In this document: positions 33,454 through 43,656 of the stretch, one piece after another
How the letters are laid out: the number at the start of each line of letters is the position of its first letter
Position numbering within the stretch: position 1 is the stretch's first letter
Assembly (NCBI GenBank): GCA_965644315.1
Contig: CBFFRQ010000066.1
Location: 596,032-660,031 of the forward strand
Source: Caecitellus pseudoparvulus
Lineage: Eukaryota > Protista > Bigyra: Bicosoecida
Length of the DNA: 64,000 nt
Direction of reading: 5' to 3'
Notes under the pieces: generated by a model
What the model saw: the letters and a program-made list of their open reading frames with translations, nothing else
Told to the model about the DNA's origin: nothing
Database searches by the model: none
Position numbers and translations under genes: made by a program

Positions 33454-34154
33454 TCAGATGCTGGCCAGGGCGCCCTTGCCCTTGCTCTTGTCCTGTGCCG
33501 CTGCCACTTTCTCATCGGCTACTGTCACTGCCCTCAACACCTCTCGCTTGTTGGCTTCTTGCAGCTCGCCGTGCAGCAGGACCTCGTCAAGCAAAGAGTA
33601 GGCCTTGTGGAATGAGAAGATGATGTCAAGCTCACACACCTGCGGGGGGAGAGATGGGTTGTGCTGCTGCAGTGCCAGAGCCAAGCCAGGGACACCACGC
33701 ACATTGCCAAAGTAGCGGTCCAGGACCTCCACGTAGTGGTGGATGATCTCCAGCGTTATGAGCTCATTGTCACTACTGTCCACACAGGCGACGAAGAAGA
33801 GGCTAGCATACCTGCGGGCCACACACCATGCATCGGTGCAGTGGCGTTTCGCGTCACATTCCGCACCTGCGAGGGCACCAGCGCGCTCACCGCTTGTAGA
33901 CGATCTTCTTCTCCCCCCACTCAAGGAAGTTGCTCATGCGTGGGGGCCTGTTCAGCACCAGCGTCGACACCTCGCGCATGATGCGCTCCTTCTCCTTGGT
34001 CTCGATGGTGTCGTACCACTTTGTCAGGCGCACCTTGCCCTGACGGCTCACGAGCAGGAGGAAGTGGATCTGCGACACAGTGGGGGAGGAAAGGGTTGAT
34101 GCCCAGTAAACACCCCTCTAAGCAGGTCATCTTTGCCCTTGTAACACGCACCAT
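33454..34154 (-). CDS. AP1S: AP-1 adaptor complex sigma subunit
   Basis: ATG-only first coding exon (34154-34152) and three introns. [59 protein letters not shown]. Confidence 0.93.
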
Positions 34155-34393
34155 GGCTGTAGAGAGGCCAGTGAGCTTGCGGCACAGGCAACGTGTTGCG
34201 CCTGGCTGCGTCGATCGCGTACGAGGGTCCCTTCAATGCAACGCAAAGAAAAAAATCTTCTCCAATAAGTCCCGACCACGCTGCATTTGAGGCCACTCTT
34301 TGCGGGTTTCGGGTTTTGACTTCCTGCTTTGTCGCTTGCAGGCGGGTTCGCCGACTTGTGCACAGATTGGCACATGCTTCACAAGGCAAAGAA

Positions 34394-35133
34394 ATGACGC
34401 AGTTTTCGGCAGCGGGAGTGCAGAGATACTGTAAATGGATCCATGGAGCAGCAGGGCGCTGGTTCTCTTCGTCCCCGATGGTGCCACGCGTTGGTACGAG
34501 CAAGCTGCATTGGAAGCGATTTCCGCATGCACTTGCCTTGCTTTGAGTCATGCAGGAGTGGCTGTCACGGCAGTTCGAGCCAGAGCATTTCCACCCCAGA
34601 GTCTTGATGACTTGAACTGGGATGAGATCTTGTTGATTCAGAGGGGCAAGGATCCTGGCGCCGGTTTGTGGTGTCCGCCTGGCGGCTCGCTGGAGGCCGG
34701 AGAGAGCATTGCTCAGGCGGCGCTGCGGGAGCTTCAAGAAGAAACAGGATTGCAAGGGTGCCTTGTTCCCGATGCCAAAGGCATGGGAAATGGCGTGTAC
34801 TGCGTGTCAGAGGCCCTGGTGCACGCAGATGGCTCGTACGCTCTGCCTGGGCGCCCAGTGCCTGACTCGCAGCTCGCCTTTCACTTCGTCCTGCAGCACG
34901 TGCTGGCAGCTGTGCCGGCGGGTTCCACACCCCACGCATCTGACGACGCTGCAGACGTGGCATGGGTGCCCTTGTCCAGCCTCACCTCTGCAGTGCCTGT
35001 ACCAGAGGCTGGCGTGTCGGATCCGGCGCTTCTGCACCATCGAGTGCACTTACCCGGGAAGGCAGATCCCGTGCAAACGGTGCGCGGACTGCCAGTGGTG
35101 CTCGGAAACTTACCCAGGACAGGGAAGGGTTGA
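34394..35133 (+). CDS. Nudix hydrolase (MutT/ADP-ribose pyrophosphatase-like) with a possible transit peptide
   Basis: Removing intron 34494-34555 yields PRVGVAV. Nudix box [24 protein letters not shown]; C-terminal [11 protein letters not shown]. Confidence 0.88.
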
Positions 35134-35726
35134 CTTTGTTAAGAACGGCGCGCCTGGATGCTTCCACAAGAGTGAGGCATGCCGTAAATCTGGCCTGTGC
35201 ATGCTGGAGGGGGAAGCACCTGATTGCCGTCCAGGCTGAGACACTGATGCAACGACTGAGAGCGCGTGGCAATCGCGAATGCTAAGCAACTCAGTACTAG
35301 CTTGTCAGGGTTGCTGGGTTGTTTGGTCGGCAGTGGTGAATCCCCGAGGCGAGCAGGGCTACGAGGTTGATGTGCGAGGCTCTGGCTTCATCGTGTCTGC
35401 TCCCTGAACAGTTTCATCAATCTGCACATTACTTTCCACACGTGCTGCACCAGAAAGCATTGCACAAATGCAGCTGGAAGCCTTCTTTTCACTCCTCACT
35501 GGCTTGGCGCAGCATCGGTGCCACTGTCATTGCCACGTTTCGGATTTTCCAGCGCAGCTTCAAACATCCGCGAGCTCTGCCTGCCCAGAGGAAGGGTGCC
35601 GAAGAGAAGTTACAGAGACGTCGGGCAAGCACCACCACCCAGCCCCTTCGTTTGCGAGGTGCGCGGTCTACTGGGCTTCGCAGTCGAGGTCGCGAGTCAA
35701 AGCAGTTTCCGCACCCGGCTGCCAGC

Positions 35727-37510
35727 ATGTCTGATTCTGCACTGGTCGTGGCGGACCACGACACTGGGGAAGAGTTGGATGAAGCGACACGAGAGGCTAC
35801 GTTGCAAAGGCAAATCTCTGCGGCGCAAGCTGCCGCTGCGGATGCAGAGGTGCGTGCTATGGCGCTGCGGGCAACGCAGCGCGTTGGCTGCACAAGCGCG
35901 TCTTGCTGATGCACAGAAGAAGGTGGCAGAGGAGCTGCGACGCAGCAGGGTGAACAAAAGCAAAGTGAACGGCTCATGGCGCAAGATTCAGCGCCTTGCC
36001 AAGGTGCGTCGATCGGCTCCGCCATTCTTTGCAAGTGCTTAGCACTCGTGCATACCCCGCGCTGCCGCAGGCGGAGGCGTTGTTGAAGGAGCTGGACACC
36101 ATCGCAACAGAGCACCAGCGCGATCTTGACCGCAAGGATGCGCTCCTTCAAATGCTGCTAGGGGATGTGCGGGAGTGTGAAGAGGAGGCGGTGGTGCTGG
36201 CCCAAGCCCACATGGCCGCAATTGACAAGCTCGTGCATGAGCAGGACGGCCGACTGCTGGGGCTGGAGACCAACTTCCACCAGCAGGTGGAAGCACTGAA
36301 AACCGAGCACGCAGAGGAACGCGAGGAGCTGGTGAAGCTGCACAAGCAGCGCGTTCTGGAGATGCGGCACGTCGTGCACACCGTGCAGGCGGCCGAGGCT
36401 GACAAGAAGCTTGGCATGCAGGCTGCCCACGAGCAGAAGCGAGAGGAGCTGAATGCCGCGGCACTGGAGCGAGTGCATTACTTGCAGAGCGTGCTGGACA
36501 GCCGCATCGAGGACCTGGAGGAGCAGTTTGAGCAGGCCCACGTGCAGTACCAGCAGAGCACTGAGCAGCGCATGGCTGAGTACCGAGCGCTCATGACCCG
36601 CGGGGAGAAGCTGGCGGCGTCTATCGAGGCCAAGCGCAGGCGCCTGGCAGGTCTGAAGCGAGATCTGCAGCGGTGGCGCGTGAAGCTCATCAACGCAAAG
36701 CGTGACGAGAGCCAGCGCAACAAGGACCTCAGCAGCGAGCGAGACCGCATGTGGGGCGCCCTGGGCAGCCTGAAAGGCAAGCTGCAGCGCAAGCGTGCAG
36801 CTGCCCAAACGAGGCTCAAACACCTGTCCGGCAGTGCTCAAGCTGCCAAGGGCGTTTTGGCGGAGAACATTCGGCTTGCAGAGCGTGTGCTGGGGCTGGC
36901 AGAGGCGGCTCGCAAGTTGGAGAGTGAGGCAGAGCGCATTCTGCCTTTCGCCGTGACGCACTCCGTTGCAACGCAGGAGCCAGGGGAGCCCCATGGGGTG
37001 ACTGTTCCACCAGCTGCCACACAAAGCCCCGAGATGCTGGGGGAGCCGCAGCAGCCCCCGCAAGGCCAGGGTGGTGAGCAGCTGGAAGCCCTTCAGGCCG
37101 AGCTCGCCGACACCCTGCGGCTGAAGGATGAGGAGCTGCTGCAGGCCGCCCCGCCGACGGACGGCAGCGTTGCGTTGCTGTTAGATGAGGGCGGGCAGCC
37201 AGTGGCGCCAGTTCAGGTGCTGGACAAGTTCTTCCGGCGTGTGAACCGTGCAGCGCTGGATACACTGACCGCCGAAGCTGCCCGTGCCGAGCTGCAGGAA
37301 GAAAACGCCCACCTGCAGGACCTTGTCAAGCAGTGCATGGAGGGGTTGACCCTGTCACAGGACACGCTGACAGGGCCCAACCCCCTGCTGGTCGTGAACG
37401 GCAAGCACGGCATAGTCCCCGGTCGAGTGCTTCCAGCGCCCAAGCGCCAGGTGAGTTTGGTGGAGGGGGCGTACGCCATGGCGAGCACGGCGAAAATGAC
37501 CCGCGCCTAA
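35727..37510 (+). CDS. DRC2: Dynein regulatory complex subunit 2 (CCDC65)
   Basis: Introns 35850-35916 and ~36004-36070. SRVNKSKVNGSWRKIQRLAK-AEALLKELD..RDLDRKDALLQML, then coiled coil, RKLESEAERILPF, FFRRVNRAALD and NPLLVVN. Confidence 0.85.
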
Positions 37511-38480
37511 GCACCGCTGGGGAGGGGCTTTGGGGTTGCGTCCGCCGCCGCAGTGACGCGCGCCTGCTTGGCGGCTGCGGCAATGGCAGTTTGCACCACC
37601 TCCTGCACGCGGTCGTGGCCAGCGTACAGGGGCAGCTTGTCCACGGCGGAGGACCAGGTGTCAGCCGGAATGAACTGTGTATACCACCCCAGGTGCTGCA
37701 GGTTTGCCTCGCGCAGCCGGGCGGGCAGGGACCGCGTGTGGCTGCCAGGCAGCAGGTTCCAGCCCCCCTCCAGCTCCAGCACCACCCTGTGCGCGGGCAG
37801 GGCCACGTGGGCAGTGTAGGCGACCTGGGACTTGTCACTGGACAGCGGGGCTCCCTGGCCGTTCATGAGGATGCTGTGCTGGAAGGCCGCCTGGGGGCCG
37901 CCTGGGATGCGCTGCACGCGTGTGTGCAGGGACGCGTACAGTGGCAGCGCAGCAGCTTGGGTGGCGCGCTCCGCTGCCGCGACGCGGGTGGAGACGTCGA
38001 GAGGCAGGGTGGGCAGAGCGGGCGTGTCCTCAGCACAGTCTCTGTTGAACACCTGCGCGGCGACGTTCACATGGTGCAGCAGCTCTTGGTCCTCCGTGCT
38101 GAACTGCAGCGTGCGCAGAATGCTGGGGTGCAGCGCCCGCTCGAAGAGGTCTGGCAGCAGCATGCCTGTCAGCACCGCCACAGCCAGCGCTTGGGAGACG
38201 CCCTTCCCATCTAGTTGGTCAATGTGCACTGCGGCGTCGCTGACAAAGGCGGCTGCCCGAGCAGGGTCAGCCTGCGCGCGACACGTCAGAGTGCGGAAAT
38301 TGAAGCACCGCTCCAGGGCAAAAGCGCACTCATGCAGCCCACTGTGCTCACCAACAAGCCTTGCAATACTTCTTCCGGAGAGGGACGGGCTTGTACCACT
38401 TGGGTGCAGAAGTGCCTCGGCATGCGACGCCGAACGCCGGCGTTTGCTGCTCGAAAGCGGCTGAGCCTGGCCGCGTGCAT
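37507..38480 (-). CDS. RAP-domain protein (FASTK-like organellar RNA-binding) with a transit-like peptide
   Basis: ATG at 38480, intron 38351-38272. C-terminal YTAHVALPAHRVVLELEG..ARLREANLQHLGWYTQFIPADTW matches the RAP pattern with degenerate acidic residues. Confidence 0.7.
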
Positions 38481-38601
38481 GGCGCTGAAGTCGAAGCCGG
38501 GGATACACCCGAGATCCCACGCAACCTGGTGCAGGAGAGCAAAGTTAGGTGAGCCCAACACCAGCGCTAAAAATCCATGCATATGAATTGTTCCCCAACC
38601 G

Positions 38602-41600
38602 TCACTTGCCCACCACCCCGTGCAGAGGCACCCATGACAAGTTCCACGGTGCGACAGCGGTGGCGGCAAGCGCGGCAGGCAGCGCCCTGGACAGGGACGC
38701 CAGGTCCTGCTGCAGCTCCTGCCACTGCTGGCGAGACACCGGCACCTGCACGGAACCAACCTGGGCCGACTCATCGCCCTCCTGCAGCCTCCACTTGACC
38801 GCCACGAGCGAACCGTGCACCTGCAGCGCACCTGTGACTCCGATGGAGCCGGGCAGCGCAGGAGGAGGGTAGATGGCAGCCAGCTTGCGACGCGCAGCAG
38901 GCTCCAGGCACGGCTCCATGCGCAAGAAGGCGCCCCCCTCCAACGGTGCCAGAAGGAGCGGCTGCCCCGCCGCCATGCCCTTCACGTTCCACCCCGCCAG
39001 CTTCACGTGCAAGGACGGGCAGGGAGCGGGTGCTTCAAAGACGAAAGTGAATGCGCCCTCTGCAGCACTGGCCGCCAGCAGGCGCCGCATGGTGTCCACC
39101 AGCGGCAGGTATGCGCCGAAGACGTCCCACTTGATGGAGGACAGCGGTGAGTTGTGCCGCAAGTACCAGTGGTACACTGGCACACCAGCGGCGGCCAGAC
39201 TGGCGTCAGCGCCCTCGCTGTCCTCGGCAACCCGCTCTGGGGTGGGCGCCGTGGCAGGGTGTGCCGTGGCCCAGGGCACGACGAAGGAAGTCTGCGCCTT
39301 GGCTAGGTTCAGCGTCGGCTGCGGCGTGTCGATGGACGGCAACGCGGGCAGACACACCGCAGCGGGAAACGCCTGCTGCACCCCACACTCCCCTGCCGCT
39401 TGCCCTTCCCGCAGCGGCACAATGAATGTGTCGCCCACCTCGGCGTCACACCGGGCGCAGTGCAGCTGGGCAGGCTCTGCTGCGGCGCTGGTGGCGTCGG
39501 GGCGTCCGCTGGCGGCCGCCGCCCCCGCCGCCATCGTGCCCCACCGCACAGCGACAGCCTTGGGCAGCTCGCGAGGCAGGGCGCGCTGGCCCCACCGGAC
39601 ACGCAGGGCGCCTGGTGCGGCGGCGGCAGGGTGCAGCATGACGTGTGTGTCGCCCAGCAGAGCGCCCTTGGGATCTGGTGTCACGTCCTGCGTCGGCAGC
39701 AGGTGACCCCGCTCCTCTGTGTGGCACAGCCAGTGGTCCATCCACGCGGTCCAGGTCTCGGACGGCGCGCGGCGAACTCGCCCCACAGCGGCCTGGCTCA
39801 GCTGGGCCCCGCACCAGGCACACTCCAACACCCCAGCGTGGCCGCGCAGGCACGCCTCTTCCCGGCTCAGCTGCGGGAGGGGCACCGCTGCAGGGGGCTT
39901 GTACATGGTCATGTGTGGCGTCGTGTCCATGTGCAGCCTCCACACGAGGCAGTCGTGGGAGAAGCTGTGCTTGTGGCTGCGCACGGCACACCCCAACTCT
40001 GCCTCCCAGAGCAACAGCACGCCGGGCGCAGCCTCGCCTCGGCGTGTGCAGGGCAGCAGCACGCTGGCCAGGCCTGCAGGCGACACATGCAGGCAGGGCG
40101 TGCCCGGCGCCCACACTGCTGCACTGGGCAGTTGCAAGTACAGCGTCGTGATGCCAATGTGCTGTGCCTGCTGCAGTGCGAAGGGGGGGCGCAGCAGCGG
40201 CGGCCCACCGCCCGTCAAGGCTGCCTTGGTCGCTGAGCGGAGGTGCGTGTGCGCTCCACTCGCACTGCTGGAGCCCAGGAGGCGCTTCAAGGCCAGCGCA
40301 GCAAAGGCTGACGTCGCTGCCGTGTCGTGGGAGGCAGCGGAGAGGGCTGTGGGTGCGCCCAGGCTCGCCACCGTGCCGGCCGTGGCGCTGGTGGCCACTG
40401 TGCCCGCATCCACCGCGCACGCCTGGCGACGAGACAGCTCCTGCCCCAGCTGCTCCTCCTCCTGCCGCCGGCGGACGAGGTCTACGTGCTGCTGCACGTC
40501 TGCAGGCAGAGGTGGGGGGACAGCGGGCCCCATGGGCTGCTTTGGTTCAGTGGTTGGCAGGGAGAAGGGCTCGCTGACACCCGCCACTTGCCGTCGCCGT
40601 GTGACAAGGCGGACCTGGTACACGCCAGGCTTGCCGGGCAGCCGCAGTGGCACACTCCCAATCAGCAAGGCGTCCGCCTGAGAGGTTGGGCTGGCGGTGT
40701 TGGCGGCGTGGCGCCAGGCTGTGCGGCCGTCTCCACTTGGCGGCATGGGCAGCCACTCCATCGCCCAATGGCGCCCCACAGCCCGCACCATGCTCTGGGG
40801 CGTGACCTTGCCCTCATATGAGTATATGCCCAGGAAGTCCCGGTCAGAGGGGCTGCCGTCATCACTGTCGTACACAGCGTCGTCCGGCACCTCCAACGGC
40901 CCACAAGCGCTGCCCACCACCCTCCCGGCCAGGCTGGAACTGCTCAAAGACGCCGCATTTACCGCGAATCGCACTCGCACAGCGCCACCCAGGTGCAAAG
41001 CATCTTCCGGATCAAGCGTGATGGACGCTGTGTACGCTGGTGGCTGTGCTAGCGCGGTACCCTCCTGTGTGGCCAGACTGGCCTGGTGAGCTGCCTGCAC
41101 GTCGGTGTCAGCAGAAGCCTTCCCGGAACCGACACGCTCACCTAAGGCGATCCAGGGGATGTGTGCGAGGGACTTCTTTACCATGAGCAGGACTTGCGTG
41201 CCTTCACACGTCCACAGGCTGTCTGACCGCACTGTGGGGCCTGGGAACACGATGTGCACCTGCACCTGCCCATGTGAAGCCACGGTCACTGCCTCCACAG
41301 TGAACTCCACAGCGACCTGGGACGCAGACGCGGCACCAAGGGCATCCAGAGGCATGCTCACGTACACCGTGTCCCCCTCGTCCGTCCACTCGATGGGGAC
41401 GTGCCAGAAGCTGCCGCTCCCTTGGTCACGCTGAGGCTGCTCCCTGTGCACCTCGACAGGCGGGCGTGCCTGCCCACTGCTGGCAGCGACAGCAGCCTGC
41501 AGAGCACCTGCTGTGAAGTTGTCGATGCTGGCTTTGGCGCTGCGCTTGGAGGCTTCCGCTTGCTGCCACTCGGTGCGTTGTTGGCTGGCTCTGCAGGTGC

Positions 41601-41770
41601 ATGAAGGAGCTTGCACATCGGGCGCTGTTGCAGACACGGCATCAAGGCACGCACTTCACCTGCCGTTCCACAACAGCGGCCTCTGCTGCCTTTCTGGCCT
41701 CTTGTGCCGCTTGTAGCTCTGCCTCTGCCTTTGCGATCTCTGCTGCGAGCGCTGCTCGTCGGGTCGCCAT
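38602..41770 (-). CDS. CS (p23-like) + SKICH-like + HECT_2 (UBE3D/Ipa1-like) fusion protein
   Basis: ATG at 41770, one intron (phase 2). CS: EWTDEGDTVYVSMPL..SLWTCEG..MVKK..W. SKICH: SDRDFLGIY..EW..PGVYQVRLV..GVSEPF. HECT_2: CAWCGAQL..PSETW..MDHWLCH and CARCDAEVG. Confidence 0.7.
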
Positions 41771-42234
41771 GAGCTCGAAACGCTTGTGAAACGGCGGAGC
41801 CTGTGAGTGCTCTACGGCAAGTAGAAGCGCTGCATTGATGTGCGGTCGTTGCGTGAACTACAGGTGTTAAGAATAAGGGTCGCATGGTCCAGGCTACTGG
41901 ACGTCTCGCGACTGTCAGCCGGCAGGAATGTGGAAAGACTTAGTCTCTGGCTTTCTTAGATCAGGCCAATGTTTCTCACTGCCACATGTGCACGTAGTTC
42001 TCATGCACGCAGGAGACGAACCCAACTATCATCCGGTGCAGCTTGTGTTTGAGATTGGCAATGATAGCCAGCTTGAGTGCTGCACTGGCCCAGAAGGGGC
42101 TTGCAAGGGCGCGCTAACAATGAGGCTCAAAACTCCAGCCAGCATACCGAAACTTGAGACAAAAGGCCAGCACCATTCCATGAACAAGATCAATCCTAGA
42201 TACCTCAACAAACAACCGACGTTCTAGGCTTGCG

Positions 42235-42980
42235 TCACTTGCGGCTCTTCTTCTTTTTGCCCTTCTTCGCCTTCATGACCTTGGCGCCCAGCAAGGAGGC
42301 CTGCTTCTGCCGCAGCTCCATGCGAATGACGACCTCCTCTGCCAGCGCCTCGGCTGGCGGGGGCATGCCGGCGATGCCCAGGAACTCTTTGTTGCCCACA
42401 CTGTCGGCGACGGCTGAGGCATTGCTGCCTTCCGCGTCGGTCGCGTGCACGTCCACGCCGCGTGCCAGCAGGAGCTTGGCGAAGTCGTTGTGCCCCAGCC
42501 GAGCGCACATGTGCAGAGGGGTGGAACCAGTGCCTGCTTCCTGTGCGTGCATGTCCGCGCCCGCCTCCAGCAGCAGCTCGGCGCTCTCCATGCAACCGTA
42601 CAGAATGGCCACGTGCAGCGGCGTGTGGCCTCCGAACTGGTGCAGCTCGCGGACGTTCACCTCGGCTCCAGCGGCGCACAGGAAGTACAGCATGCGCACA
42701 TCGTTCGCTGCTGCTGCGATGTGTGTCGCGCGAGTCCTGCGCGGTGGGGCGTGTGGTCCACGCAAAAGTGTGCGCGGGTGGCGCCGCAGCGACACACGAA
42801 ACGCCCCACGCACCCATTCACACTTGACGCGGCACACGACGCGCCTTCTTCCAGCAGACGCCCTGCCTCGTCCAGGTTTCCTTCCGTCACGGCTGACAGG
42901 AACATGCGGTTCAGCGCTGCAGTGGCATTTCCTGCAGGGTTGTGGTCGTTGGCCAGGTCGCCTCGCAGCGATGCAGCCAT
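42235..42980 (-). CDS. Small canonical ankyrin-repeat protein with a basic C-terminus
   Basis: Two exons (donor GG|GTGCGT). GHTPLHVA..LLEAGAD and GSTPLHMCARLGH..LLARGVDV; ends KKGKKKKSRK. Confidence 0.85.
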
Positions 42981-43222
42981 GGCGCTGGCTCCGATACGGC
43001 AATGCCCAGGACAGGGCCGGGCCGTGCACCAACACAACAAGTACTGAAGCAATCTCTTTCGCGGGTTCAGTTCGACTTGCTTTGTGTGCATTCCACTCAG
43101 TGGGCGTGGCAGTGTAGGGAGGTCGCAAGGTGGGCATCGTACTTGAGGGGGGCTCGGCAGCGGCTGGAGGGCCCCTCGACCTCCGCAAGCGCCGCACGCG
43201 CAGAAAGCCCGGGCCTGCCAAA

Positions 43223-43503
43223 GTGGAAACTCAACAGAGGGATGTGTGGAACGTGCGCTCCTCAGTCCTCGTGACTGCTGTGCCAGCGACCAACACGTTT
43301 CGGGCAAGTCCCCGGACACTGCGGCCGCGAGGGCCAGCCTTGACGGCGCAGCCTGCTGCAGGCTTCACGCGCAGAGACGTCGCTTCGCGGCGTAGTGCTA
43401 CGAAGACTGCGGGCAGAGGTTTGTCCTAGCAAAGTGATGCATCCAGTGTGCCTGCTTGTCGGGCACACCAACACAACGGGGCTTACTCCTGTCGTGTTTC
43501 CAC
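43223..43503 (+). ncRNA. RMRP: RNase MRP RNA
   Basis: CR-I AAGTCCCCGG (43306-43315) pairs with CR-V ACAACGGGGCTTACTC (~43473-43488) to form P4. P1 is GTGGAAAC/GTTTCCAC; P2 GGATGTGT/ATGCATCC; P3 GGAACGTG/CACGTTTC; P8 GGCC-GCGAG-GGCC; CR-IV AAAGTGA; P19 GTGTGCCT/GGGCACAC. A T-run follows. Confidence 0.88.
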
Positions 43504-43505
43504 GA

Positions 43506-43515
43506 CTTTCATTTT
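43506..43515 (+). terminator. Probable Pol III oligo-T terminator of the RNase MRP RNA
   Basis: CTTTCATTTT immediately after the 3' strand of P1. Confidence 0.5.
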
Positions 43516-43656
43516 CCGCCTGTTCACGCTTGCTCCTCCCCCCTCCTCACACTTGCGCCGCTGCTTGCATGGGACATGGGGGCACTGCACCTACCACCTG
43601 CTTTGAATGAACTCCCTGCACTGCTTGCACCCTCTGCCGCATCGCTTGCATTGCAC

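Noticed and set aside
41928-42227. 99-aa ORF in lower-GC intergenic DNA
   Set aside because: Atypical codon usage and no motifs; likely promoter/terminator sequence between two minus-strand genes.
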